Positions 1 to 9,004 of a DNA stretch of 64,000 nucleotides are shown in pieces. How positions within the stretch are numbered: position 1 is the stretch's first letter; each line of letters begins with the position of its first letter. The notes under the pieces were generated by a model that was not told the origin of the DNA, did no database searches, and worked only from the letters and a program-made list of their open reading frames with translations. The translations under genes and the position numbers were made by a program. Source of the stretch: a virus; the IMG/VR virus record IMGVR_UViG_3300025652_000057, positions 2,624-66,623 of that record; one strand, given 5' to 3'.

Positions 1-1
1 C

Positions 2-118
2 CCTCTCGCCTGGCTCAACTACCATAACGACTTTTTCTTGCCACTTTTTAGGAAGATTGTCGTATGTGACCTGATGGTTAGGTCTACGAATAGTGGGTAT
101 ATATATCCTCTCTATCAT
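2..118 (-). CDS. Partial (N-terminus only) putative GT-A-fold glycosyltransferase, TAGT-like
   Basis: Translated manually: MIERIYIPTIRRPNHQVTYDNLPKKWQEKVVMVVEPGER. IYIPT/S-xR and VVEPxE resemble the start of phage DNA-modifying glycosyltransferases. AAGGA ribosome-binding site upstream. Runs off the window edge. Confidence 0.5.
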   Translation of the reverse strand, partial: MIERIYIPTIRRPNHQVTYDNLPKKWQEKVVMVVEPGER

Positions 119-128
119 AGGTATCCTT

Positions 129-1853
129 TTATGCCGCTTGTGGTGCTATGCGGCTGAAGTTCTTAACTTTCTCGAATCTGATCACACTATGAAACTTGTC
201 GAATAGTTGATCACCCTTGTGGCTTATTATAAAGATATTTGAGTCTGCTGTCAACTCTTCAATGATCTTTAGAAACTCTTCTGTACCAGATGTATCTAGA
301 GAAGAGTCCATGATCTCATCCATAATCAAAAGATTGGTGGATACTGAGTTACGAAGTTTAGCAACTGAACGCCAAGTAAACAACAACGCTAGATCGATAC
401 GCAACTTCTCACCCTCAGAGAACGATGCATAGCTGAATACGTCACGAAATCTAGACTTGATAGTCTCATTGAAGTTTTCATCTAGCTCGAATTGTACAAA
501 GAAGTCCATAGCCGCTAGGTACTTATTGATCAGCTTATTCATCACAGGCACATATTGTTTGATGATTCGAGTCTTGATACCACCATCTTTAAGCATAGAC
601 GCAACTACAGCAAGGGTCTCTTTACTATCAAACAGCCCAGTCTGGTCAGCATGGTAATTTTTAAGCTCTTTCTCTAGGTCTTTAATCTGGTTGTTATCAA
701 CTTCAGTCGCCTCTTTTTCTGCACCGAGAAGATCCTGCTTGATAGCCTTACATGAAGTCATAGCCATCTTAGATGCCATTCGATGCTCGCTCATCTTCAT
801 ATTTTTTTCACTGATAACACTTTCGGTACCGTCAATCTCTTCGAGTCTACACTCTATAACTAAACCTTTGCTCTTAAGTTCTTCTCGTGCGGCTTCGATT
901 TTTTCTGTTTTTGATGAGTGGCTGGTGATTGTTCCTTCTTTGAACTCATGTTCGATCCCTTGCTTACAGGTTGGACAGTTGTCATGGTCTTGATAGAATG
1001 CAACTTCTTTAGATAGGGATTTGTGTTTATTAGAAAGCTCACGATCTAACTCCTGTAGTTCTTGCAACTTCTTCTTAGTATCAGACTTGTCCTGTATGCC
1101 AGTATTTAGATCAGACACCTCTTGAATAAGAACATCGACACACTCTTGCTCAGACTCGATGAATGAAATCTGCTCTCTCAACTTCTCCTTTAACTTATCC
1201 ACTTCCACTTCTCGCATCTTTCTAATAGAATCATTGTGCGTCTTAGATGTAGATATTTTACTGTTGAGTAACTCTATATTGTGCTTGATGTCATTAATAT
1301 CAGCCTTATTCTCAGTTACTCGTTCCTTAAGTAGAGTGTTCATTACAGTGAATATTTGAATATCAAGTAGGTCTTCAATAACTTCTCGTCTCTCGCCAGC
1401 CCTTAACTGCATAAAGGGTATGAACGTAGAGCTACCCAGAACAACTACTTGACCAAAGGACTTATAGTTTAGCTTTAGAATAGTCTCTTCTAAGTACGCT
1501 TGGTAATCTCTGGCTGCGGCATCTTGGTTAATCATCTCACCATTCTTCCATATCTCAAAGTAGTTTGGCTTGATGCCACGCTTTATGATATACTTAGAGC
1601 CACTGATAGTAAACTTGGCTTCGACTTCCAAGTCTTTACCGTTGATAGAGTTTACCAGCTGTCCCTTCTTAATCTTACGAAAGGGCTTACCGTATAGCGC
1701 AAAAGTCAATGCGTCAAGCATAGTAGACTTACCAGCACCATTGTCGCCAATGATCAAAGTAGACTTACTACGATTCAACTGAACTTCTGTCCAAGTATTA
1801 CCAGTAGATAAAATGTTCTTATAACGAACCGATTCAAATACGATATTTGCCAT
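129..1853 (-). CDS. gp46: Recombination endonuclease ATPase subunit (Rad50/SbcC-like)
   Basis: Walker A GDNGAGKS, coiled coil with CPTC zinc hook, signature FSEGEK, Walker B LLIMDE; adjacent to gp47. Confidence 0.96.
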   Translation of the reverse strand: MANIVFESVRYKNILSTGNTWTEVQLNRSKSTLIIGDNGAGKSTMLDALTFALYGKPFRKIKKGQLVNSINGKDLEVEAKFTISGSKYIIKRGIKPNYFEIWKNGEMINQDAAARDYQAYLEETILKLNYKSFGQVVVLGSSTFIPFMQLRAGERREVIEDLLDIQIFTVMNTLLKERVTENKADINDIKHNIELLNSKISTSKTHNDSIRKMREVEVDKLKEKLREQISFIESEQECVDVLIQEVSDLNTGIQDKSDTKKKLQELQELDRELSNKHKSLSKEVAFYQDHDNCPTCKQGIEHEFKEGTITSHSSKTEKIEAAREELKSKGLVIECRLEEIDGTESVISEKNMKMSEHRMASKMAMTSCKAIKQDLLGAEKEATEVDNNQIKDLEKELKNYHADQTGLFDSKETLAVVASMLKDGGIKTRIIKQYVPVMNKLINKYLAAMDFFVQFELDENFNETIKSRFRDVFSYASFSEGEKLRIDLALLFTWRSVAKLRNSVSTNLLIMDEIMDSSLDTSGTEEFLKIIEELTADSNIFIISHKGDQLFDKFHSVIRFEKVKNFSRIAPQAA

Positions 1854-2923
1854 TATAAACTAATTGCCTCTTCATATAATTCATCTAATACAGCTTGGAC
1901 TTTCTCTTTATCACTACTGATCTCTAGATTACTCACATACTGCTTCAAAATAGTCAATGTGTCTTGCGCTTCATCGACCAGCTCACTTTCATCAATAACA
2001 TCTAAATTCATATGATCTTCAACGACTTTAATGTCACAAGGTGAAGCCGCTTGTATCTTGTCTAAAAATAGATCAAAGATATATGGATTTGACTTATTCA
2101 CTATTATAACTTTAATATGAGTGTTTGTCAAGCTCGAAGTGTCAAGGTGAGCTATATCCTCGATTGTCATATCAGTGTCATCATATTGAATCTTATGGAA
2201 CATCTTCAGAGGATTCTCAACGTGGGTAACGCTTCTGTCGTCAGTGTTAAATATACTGAATCCACGCTTCTGATCGTAATCTGACCAATTCATCTCATAT
2301 GGCGCACCGAGATATGATATATTACCAATAGTAGACGGATGATGAAAGTGACCAGAGTACACAGCATCGAACTTGTTGAATACTTTCTTATCTAGTCCAT
2401 GAGTACATAGTTGACCTTTCATCATCTCGAAACCCTGAAACTCAAAGTGACCGAATAAGGTTTGAGCATCGGTAGACTTAAACATCTCAAAAGATTCTTC
2501 CCAGTTATCAGCACACAGCCAAGGTGCAAGCATAACCTTACAGTCATCGATCACTAGCTCTACTGGCTTCTCCCAATAGATGTGAATATTACCGTACTTC
2601 GAGTTACCGTAAAGCTGTCGTAGACAGTTCACCTCGTTAGTATTCTTATAGAACGTGTCGTGGTTACCAGCAATAAGATGGATGTCTATACCTTCATCGG
2701 CACAGATTTTCATGAAGTTTTCTTCAAGATTCTTGGCTGTTACGAAGTTGATATACTTACGTCTATCGCACACGTCACCAAGATGAAAGATGGTTGTTAT
2801 ACCCTCTTCTTTAAGCTTTGGAAAGAAAACTTCTTTATAGAACTTAATGAAGTACTCAGCAAAGGCTGCATTGTCTGATCTAGCACCCCAATGCGTATCG
2901 TTTATCACTGCAATCTTAGCCAT
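1853..2923 (-). CDS. gp47: Recombination endonuclease nuclease subunit (Mre11/SbcD-like)
   Basis: Metallophosphoesterase motifs DTHWG, GDVCD, GNHD and GHFH. Confidence 0.96.
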   Translation of the reverse strand: MAKIAVINDTHWGARSDNAAFAEYFIKFYKEVFFPKLKEEGITTIFHLGDVCDRRKYINFVTAKNLEENFMKICADEGIDIHLIAGNHDTFYKNTNEVNCLRQLYGNSKYGNIHIYWEKPVELVIDDCKVMLAPWLCADNWEESFEMFKSTDAQTLFGHFEFQGFEMMKGQLCTHGLDKKVFNKFDAVYSGHFHHPSTIGNISYLGAPYEMNWSDYDQKRGFSIFNTDDRSVTHVENPLKMFHKIQYDDTDMTIEDIAHLDTSSLTNTHIKVIIVNKSNPYIFDLFLDKIQAASPCDIKVVEDHMNLDVIDESELVDEAQDTLTILKQYVSNLEISSDKEKVQAVLDELYEEAISL

Positions 2924-2926
2924 GAA

Positions 2927-3481
2927 TTACTTCTCCTCATCGTCAATAAATTTCTCTAAACCCTTCTTCACTCTCTTTTGTTGTTGTTGCCTCTTATCTT
3001 CCATTTTCTTCTCATAGTTCTTGACGAAGGTATTCATGTAGTCGTTATCTAGGTCTATATAAGACGGCATACCATTATCATCACCTTCGCTTTCTACTGC
3101 TGTACCAGAGGTGACAGAATTCTCAGTTACTTTGTGTTTGATATATAACTGCTTCTTCTCTTTATCAATACGTCTCAGAAATGCGTACCAGATGATTTGA
3201 GTGAAGTAAGCGAATGGATTGCTAGACTTGTCTGGGTCAAAGTTACCTAGTGCTTGAATTGCATTTTCTAGACCATCACTAATCATCTCGTCTTTATATG
3301 AGTAACCCGAGAAGTTAGGTTTAGATGCGAGTCGAGTAGATATCTGATAGACACACTCACCTAGATAGTTGGGTATCTGTGGTACAGGATCACCAGAGTC
3401 TTCTGCTTCTACACATAGCTTCTTATATGCTACGATAGCTGCCAGAAACTCAGGGTTGTTTACGTAATTCTTCTTAGCCAT
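2927..3481 (-). CDS. gp55: Late-transcription sigma factor
   Basis: NYVNN, NFSGYSYKDEMISDG and NPFAYFTQIIWYAFLRRI motifs. Start placed at MAKKNY because GAGG lies 9 nt upstream. Confidence 0.95.
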   Translation of the reverse strand: MAKKNYVNNPEFLAAIVAYKKLCVEAEDSGDPVPQIPNYLGECVYQISTRLASKPNFSGYSYKDEMISDGLENAIQALGNFDPDKSSNPFAYFTQIIWYAFLRRIDKEKKQLYIKHKVTENSVTSGTAVESEGDDNGMPSYIDLDNDYMNTFVKNYEKKMEDKRQQQQKRVKKGLEKFIDDEEK

Positions 3482-3509
3482 TCCATTAGTCCTCACTCAA
3501 TTTACATAT

Positions 3510-3538
3510 AGTATAATACATTTGACGGCGTATGTCAA
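3510..3538 (-). promoter_or_regulatory. Sigma70-type promoter for gp55-gp47-gp46
   Basis: Minus strand TTGACA-N17-TATACT just upstream of gp55. Confidence 0.85.
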
Positions 3539-3573
3539 GTAAAAGTTTATTTTATTTAATTTGATGAAATGTC

Positions 3574-3602
3574 TTGACATGGTACCAAGAGTCGTGTATA
3601 AT
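3574..3602 (+). promoter_or_regulatory. Perfect sigma70 consensus promoter, antisense orientation (copy 1)
   Basis: TTGACA(3574-3579)-N17-TATAAT(3597-3602) with an AT-rich upstream tract. Confidence 0.8.
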
Positions 3603-3649
3603 AGCGTTATCGCTTGTTGAATAATACTAATGTTTTACTGATCAATGTC

Positions 3650-3678
3650 TTGACATAATGTGGTTATGTGTGTATAAT
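3650..3678 (+). promoter_or_regulatory. Perfect sigma70 consensus promoter, antisense orientation (copy 2)
   Basis: TTGACA(3650-3655)-N17-TATAAT(3673-3678). Confidence 0.8.
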
Positions 3679-3703
3679 AGAGTTATTGCTCTGTTGAATA
3701 ATA

Positions 3704-4057
3704 CTAATGCTTAGTTGCTTCTTTCGAGTCAATTAGTGCCATTAGATGCTCTTCTGCTTCTTCGTCTGTTACATCATCAAGTCTGTCGATAAAGTCTCTC
3801 TCTTTAACTTCTTCGAAGAACGATTGGTATATCTCTTCTGCTCTCTTGTTGGCATCACTTTTAAGAACGATGTCGCTATTATCTATTATAACACTATTCT
3901 CGACAGAAAACAAGAGATAGCTTTGAGCGTAGAAGCCCTTGGTTGGATGTATCTTCACTTGAACAGGATTCATAAGATTCACACAGCCCATGCCTTTACC
4001 TAAGTCTTCAGCAATCAAGTCAATACCATTCTTTAGTTTTATGTGTACAAGTTTCAT
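3704..4057 (-). CDS. Hypothetical protein, possibly Sm-like fold
   Basis: HIKLKNGIDLIA N-terminus and acidic C-terminus ending KH; occupies the slot between uvsW and gp55 where marine T4-like phages often have a small gene. Confidence 0.7.
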   Translation of the reverse strand: MKLVHIKLKNGIDLIAEDLGKGMGCVNLMNPVQVKIHPTKGFYAQSYLLFSVENSVIIDNSDIVLKSDANKRAEEIYQSFFEEVKERDFIDRLDDVTDEEAEEHLMALIDSKEATKH

Positions 4058-4061
4058 CTAA

Positions 4062-5522
4062 TTATCCTTTCATCTTAATATTATATATACTATACTCAAA
4101 CCCTTCATCATTATATATATCAACTCTCTCCAAGAAATGTTTGACTGCAAAGTTCTTCTTGGACTTCCATTGAAGGTCATCTACTATATCATACAGTGTC
4201 GCTTTATCTGATCCATTACCCTTACGAAGTACTCTACCTATCGATTGAAGATTTCGAATCTTTGACTTAGATGGAGATGCAAAGATGATATTATCCAGAC
4301 GCTTAATATTAACACCAGTGCTAAAAGTCCCATAACTAGCCAGAATGATGTTATTATCGCTAGACTCAGCAACACTACGGACTTCTTCACGATCTTCTGC
4401 ACTGATTGCGCCATGTATAAAATGAACAACTTTCCCCTCCTTTTGTAGCATTGGCTCTAATACTTTACCATGCTTCTCAACAAATTGAAATAATATAAGT
4501 GTGTTGCCCTTTAGTCCATGTGCAAGATTTCGTATATATTTGTTTCTTGCTTCGCTTCTAACTATCCAATCGATCTCTTCTTGATAGCTCATGTTCTTAT
4601 TTAGCTTGCGTATTTCATCGGGGTATTGAAGCACTAACGCCTTGATATCAAACTCTGCTAGAGTGTTATCATCAATCAGATCCTTAGTTCTAGTTACTTC
4701 GAATACTGATCCAAACAGACCTTCGAGTACGAGTCTATGCGTCTGAGTTCCATCTAGTGTTCCAGTGAAGCCGTATCGATACTGACATTCAGGCATCTTC
4801 TCAAGAACAGAAGATACAGACTTAGCTTTAAATAGATGTGCCTCGTCACCAATAACAACACCGAACTTAGCGAACCAATCTTTTCTTAGCTTATATATTG
4901 ACTGCCAAGTGGATATGGTTATATCTGCTTCAATGTTCTTATCAATGCCACCACGTATCTTGTGTATGTCTAACTCTTGACCACCATTATATTCGATGAA
5001 GTCAGATGCCATTTGCTCGACAAGTGACGTTGTGGGTACTACGATTAGAACTTTCATATCTAACGTCTCTATGTAGAAACGTGTTAGTAGGTATATAATG
5101 AAAGACTTACCAGAAGCTGTTGGAGAGAGCAGTAACGCTCTCTCATGCTTTAGCGCATGAACTACTGCATCATTCTGATACTCACGAGGTACGAATGCTG
5201 TCTCAAACTCTTTCGCTAAATCAAAGCCAGCAGTATCTTGCACTTGATTGTTTGGTATGATACCTTCATCAACAGTGACTTCATACTCTCTTGAATTACA
5301 GAACTTTAGGATATAGGGTACAAGACCTCGATAGATTCTACCAGTCATTGCATTCAGCAATCTCACCTTCCCATCCCAAATTTTGTTCCGAACGGAAGGC
5401 ATAAACTCGGCACCGGGTACCTTGAACGTAAAGTGATCAGACAACTCCATCTTAATGCCAGGTTCTGCTACGACCCTAACATAGACGTTATCGACTACTT
5501 CTATAATCACTTCATCAGTCAT
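4062..5522 (-). CDS. uvsW: SF2 DNA helicase UvsW
   Basis: SPTASGKS, DEAH, GFTGT and QSIGRVLR helicase motifs; WDGKVRL N-terminal motif. Confidence 0.96.
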   Translation of the reverse strand: MTDEVIIEVVDNVYVRVVAEPGIKMELSDHFTFKVPGAEFMPSVRNKIWDGKVRLLNAMTGRIYRGLVPYILKFCNSREYEVTVDEGIIPNNQVQDTAGFDLAKEFETAFVPREYQNDAVVHALKHERALLLSPTASGKSFIIYLLTRFYIETLDMKVLIVVPTTSLVEQMASDFIEYNGGQELDIHKIRGGIDKNIEADITISTWQSIYKLRKDWFAKFGVVIGDEAHLFKAKSVSSVLEKMPECQYRYGFTGTLDGTQTHRLVLEGLFGSVFEVTRTKDLIDDNTLAEFDIKALVLQYPDEIRKLNKNMSYQEEIDWIVRSEARNKYIRNLAHGLKGNTLILFQFVEKHGKVLEPMLQKEGKVVHFIHGAISAEDREEVRSVAESSDNNIILASYGTFSTGVNIKRLDNIIFASPSKSKIRNLQSIGRVLRKGNGSDKATLYDIVDDLQWKSKKNFAVKHFLERVDIYNDEGFEYSIYNIKMKG

Positions 5523-5523
5523 A

Positions 5524-5961
5524 TCACGATGCTCCTGTTCTGAACTTTTCCCAGTCTATAATCGCTCGGATTTGAAATCCTCTGTTTCCTATTAGCTTTA
5601 AAATAGATTCAAGATACGCTACTTTCTGTTCTTGTGCGCCAATCTTTAGAGACGACTCAATAATATCGTCATCAGCTTCTAGATATGAGGGGATGTCTTG
5701 CTTGAGAATTTTAAGGGGTTGGGGTTGCCATCCAAACTGTGCTAACTCAGTGACATCGAGTTCGCCTCTGTAGTATTCAGTTTTTAGCTTGAATAACTTT
5801 TTGTAGTCAGCCTTCATCTTGCGAAGAATATATCCCTCGCCCATGTATATCTTGAAGTACTTGTTGTGAAGTTTTGGTGTGTTCGCAGACTCGTTCGTGA
5901 TGTTTATCGTATCAACGGGACCGTCTTTCTCCCATGCTTCGCATATATCTTCTAGTTTCAT
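5524..5961 (-). CDS. uvsY: Recombination mediator UvsY
   Basis: PKLHNKY, EYYRG, YLEAD and NRGFQIRAIIDW motifs; next to uvsW. Confidence 0.92.
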   Translation of the reverse strand: MKLEDICEAWEKDGPVDTINITNESANTPKLHNKYFKIYMGEGYILRKMKADYKKLFKLKTEYYRGELDVTELAQFGWQPQPLKILKQDIPSYLEADDDIIESSLKIGAQEQKVAYLESILKLIGNRGFQIRAIIDWEKFRTGAS

Positions 5962-5992
5962 TCACTTTCTCCATAATAAAATTGTTACTTAA

Positions 5993-6523
5993 TCAGACTA
6001 CTATATCATACTTCTCATATTTAAAGGTTATATCAAATACTGGTGGTGTCACGTCTGCGCCAGATGTGTCAAGAGAGATGGATCCTACCGAAATTGGAAA
6101 CATATCAGAAAATTTAAGAGTGACATTGACATTCTTATTACTATTTAGTATGATTAGAGAGCCGTCTGATTTGACTCCAGTGCCATCACTGTTTAGTGTA
6201 GAGGTACCTGACCCAACCGTTTTTGGGTTTAGACTACCGTACTGTGCAAAGTTCTCAGGGTAAGTGATGGCTTCTAACCAAGCAGATACTTCTCTAAACG
6301 CAACCATGTCTTCATCGCATATGACACTCACTGTAAATTCCTCATACTGAAGCTTATCGCCAGGCAAATGTAATGTCTTAAATGGAGTTGGTCTGTCTGT
6401 ATGTCCAGATGAGAGACCAGGAACATTTGCCGACTTTACAAAAAACTCAACATTGGGTAACCTCTTGAGAACAAGCTTGAACTCAATTGGAGACAAAAAG
6501 TTTTGATTTGTTGTTAGTGCCAT
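5993..6523 (-). CDS. gp3: Tail completion/sheath stabiliser
   Basis: NFLSPIEFK...PNVEFF...ANVPG...PGDKLQY...FSDMFPISV, a gp3/gp19-type fold. Start chosen from GAGG spacing. Confidence 0.88.
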   Translation of the reverse strand: MALTTNQNFLSPIEFKLVLKRLPNVEFFVKSANVPGLSSGHTDRPTPFKTLHLPGDKLQYEEFTVSVICDEDMVAFREVSAWLEAITYPENFAQYGSLNPKTVGSGTSTLNSDGTGVKSDGSLIILNSNKNVNVTLKFSDMFPISVGSISLDTSGADVTPPVFDITFKYEKYDIVV

Positions 6524-6548
6524 ATGATTCATTCCTCTAGTATATATC

Positions 6549-6556
6549 TATTTATA
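6549..6556 (-). promoter_or_regulatory. T4-type late promoter TATAAATA (gp3)
   Basis: Exact motif upstream of gp3. Confidence 0.8.
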
Positions 6557-6562
6557 CAGACC

Positions 6563-6590
6563 AAAAAAAGGGGATCTCGAAAGATCCCCT
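6563..6590 (-). terminator. Rho-independent terminator after gp23
   Basis: Minus strand AGGGGATCT-TTCG-AGATCCCCT followed by a T run. Confidence 0.9.
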
Positions 6591-6632
6591 AATCATGCTC
6601 GGGTTAATCCCGAATCTTATTGTTATTAACTA

Positions 6633-7964
6633 TTATAGCAAGTTAGTAACGTGTACTCTGCGGTAGTAAGCATTTCCGTTTGCGCCAGCAGTAGTTAATG
6701 GGTTAGCAACCATGCCGTAGCGAGTCTTGAAACCAATCTTAGATTGGAAGCTGTTCTCGCCAATTGCACGAACCATTTGTAATGGAACGTATGGGCAGTA
6801 GAAGATACCAGCATCAAAAGCGTTAGAGCCTTTGTAGCCAACTACTAAGTACTGTGCACCAGCGAATGGATCGATATATACTTTGAATCGACCGTTAAGA
6901 ATACCAGCAAAAGTATTGCCAGAATCGTCTACAGATAGCTTGTTACCAATAGCAGGAGCGTAGTCAAGAACACCAGCCATTTGAAGAGCAGAAGCTACGT
7001 CAGATGAACAGATGATGATGTTGCCTTTACCACGACGAGTAGCTTTAGCAATTGCATTAGCTTCACGCTCGATTTGGAACATCAAACCCTTGAACTTCTC
7101 TACTGACCAGCGACCGTTTGAATCAACGTCAAGGTTGAATACACCTTTAGCAGCAGTACCACTTTGAGCACCAGCAGAAGCGTTGTTGTATACAGTACGA
7201 ACAACTTCACGGTTGATCTCAGCAAGCAATTCAGCAGAAAGCATATTAGCAAGCTCAGTTTCAGCATCTAGACCATGAATCGCTTTAAGATCCTGTGCTA
7301 ATTCTGAAGTGTACTCAGCTTTCAATGCACGGCTACGAGCAGTAACAGATACTTTCTCGATTGCGAAAGACATTTCGTTAATGTCCTCAGAGCCATCAGT
7401 TGATTCTTGTTGAGCAGGTAAACGACCAGCGCCTGAAGTGAAACCACTTGCAATTGCTCCGTTAGCGTCTAATACTGCACCGCCAGTTGCACCAGCTTGA
7501 TCAGTGTACTCAGCGCCAGTAGAGTTATCTACGTGACCCAAAACACCAGCATCGTCTTTATCAGCACCAGAGAAAGAAGTGTTAGCTTCATTAAACAATG
7601 CTTCGTCACCAGAAGTAACTCCACCATCAGTAGATGCATACTTAGACTTCATAGCGAAGATAAGACCAGTAGGTCCAGTCATTGGCTGAACACCAACGAT
7701 ATCATATGCTACCAAGTTAGGCATTGCACGGCGTACAAGACTGATTAATACAGGCTCGTAGTTAGCGGCAGAAGCAGTGCTGTTAGCAGGTGCGGCTTCA
7801 GATAGAACACCAGTTCCACCCATGCTTGAGCCTTCTTTGATAGATTGCTCAGTGTTTTCTAAAAGAGTTGCTGTAACAGCTTCTCTGTGTCCGTCAGTGA
7901 TAGTGGGAAGAGCGGAATGCTCTAGAATCGGTGCCCACTTCTTCATTAGTTCTTCATTTCTCAT
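6633..7964 (-). CDS. gp23: Major capsid protein
   Basis: LISLVRRAMPNLVAYDIVGVQPMTGPTGLIFAM, SRALKAEYTSELAQDLKAIHGLDAE and FYCPYVPLQM. Confidence 0.98.
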   Translation of the reverse strand: MRNEELMKKWAPILEHSALPTITDGHREAVTATLLENTEQSIKEGSSMGGTGVLSEAAPANSTASAANYEPVLISLVRRAMPNLVAYDIVGVQPMTGPTGLIFAMKSKYASTDGGVTSGDEALFNEANTSFSGADKDDAGVLGHVDNSTGAEYTDQAGATGGAVLDANGAIASGFTSGAGRLPAQQESTDGSEDINEMSFAIEKVSVTARSRALKAEYTSELAQDLKAIHGLDAETELANMLSAELLAEINREVVRTVYNNASAGAQSGTAAKGVFNLDVDSNGRWSVEKFKGLMFQIEREANAIAKATRRGKGNIIICSSDVASALQMAGVLDYAPAIGNKLSVDDSGNTFAGILNGRFKVYIDPFAGAQYLVVGYKGSNAFDAGIFYCPYVPLQMVRAIGENSFQSKIGFKTRYGMVANPLTTAGANGNAYYRRVHVTNLL

Positions 7965-7999
7965 TATGGTTCTCCTTTAATTGAGATTTTACTTATTAC

Positions 8000-8007
8000 T
8001 ATTTATA
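8000..8007 (-). promoter_or_regulatory. Late promoter TATAAATA (gp23)
   Basis: Exact motif; flanking tattactatttataaaa is shared with the gp22 promoter. Confidence 0.8.
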
Positions 8008-8015
8008 AAAATTTG

Positions 8016-8951
8016 TTACTTGACAAAGCGGTTATGGCGATTAAGCGATTCAGCATAACTTGCAATAGATGCGTCAACTACAGGCGCTACTTCTTCCGCA
8101 GTCTCTTCTTGTAGAAGATCAGTTTCTTGTTCTGTTACAACTGGTGCGCTTTCAGCGAAGTAGTTAGACTTAATTGCTTCTAGCTTCTTGCTGTAATCGT
8201 CAGTTGATTCAAAAGAAATACCTTCTGATAGAACACGCAGTTTTTCCGCTTGAGTGTCAGTTAATTCCTCAGAAACTGTTTTGAATGCAATCTCATTATC
8301 AGCTTGTAACTTAGCTTCCTTTGATTCAATCAATTGCTCAACTAGCTCATTGTACTTAATAGAAGCTTCTTCCAGCTTAACTTCTAATTCAGCGGCATGA
8401 TCTACAGCCTCTTGATCGATTTCTAGGTTATGCTCAGATACAAGACCTTTAATGCTACTCAATAGAGACTCAGCTACTTCGACTTTAATATTGCTTTCTA
8501 CTGCAGGCTGGTTTTCAGACATCCAGTTTTCAACAACATAGTCTAGGTACTGATCCACTTTCTCTACTAACTCTTCAACGGCAACATCAACTTGCTCTTG
8601 AAGATCACTTTCAAACTTTTCTTCGAGTACAGAGGTTTCGGCCAATACTTTTTCATGTACAGCGGCTTCGAATACTGCAACGGCAGATGTTTTGAAGTCT
8701 TCAGAGAATTCGGTGCCTTCAAACAAACGCTCTACAGCTTCGCTCAAACCCTTTTCGTCTTCAGATTCATCTTCTTCCTCTTCAGCCTCTTCTTTTTTAT
8801 CTTTTTTAGCAGATTCAATTTTTTCTTTAGAATCGACTTTGCCTTTTTTGTCCTCTTCACCTTCGGGAGTTTCGGTATCGGCTGATTTTACATCAGTATC
8901 GATTACTTTTGCTTCCTCAAGGTCTAGGTCTTTTCCTAATTCTTCACTCAT
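8016..8951 (-). CDS. gp22: Prohead core scaffolding protein
   Basis: Acidic coiled coil with FKTSAVAVFEAAV and VDQYLDYVVENW; between gp21 and gp23. Confidence 0.92.
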   Translation of the reverse strand: MSEELGKDLDLEEAKVIDTDVKSADTETPEGEEDKKGKVDSKEKIESAKKDKKEEAEEEEDESEDEKGLSEAVERLFEGTEFSEDFKTSAVAVFEAAVHEKVLAETSVLEEKFESDLQEQVDVAVEELVEKVDQYLDYVVENWMSENQPAVESNIKVEVAESLLSSIKGLVSEHNLEIDQEAVDHAAELEVKLEEASIKYNELVEQLIESKEAKLQADNEIAFKTVSEELTDTQAEKLRVLSEGISFESTDDYSKKLEAIKSNYFAESAPVVTEQETDLLQEETAEEVAPVVDASIASYAESLNRHNRFVK

Positions 8952-8989
8952 TTAGACTTCTCCTTTAAAGTAATTATCGTCAATATTAC

Positions 8990-8997
8990 TATTTATA
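8990..8997 (-). promoter_or_regulatory. Late promoter TATAAATA (gp22)
   Basis: Exact motif. Confidence 0.8.
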
Positions 8998-9004
8998 AAA
9001 ATTG

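Larger units (their letters stand above)
3568..3709 (+). repeat. Imperfect tandem duplication, 76-bp period
   Basis: aatgtcttgacat...gtgtataatag.gttat.gct(c)tgttgaataatactaatg occurs at 3568-3632 and 3644-3709. Confidence 0.85.

Noticed and set aside
3568-3709. CRISPR-like mini-array
   Set aside because: Only two units; the conserved parts are promoter boxes and the variable part is the 17-bp promoter spacer.
6000-6008. Extended -10 (TGATATAGT, minus strand) upstream of uvsY
   Set aside because: Plausible middle-type promoter but no -35 or activator box recognisable; too weak to call.
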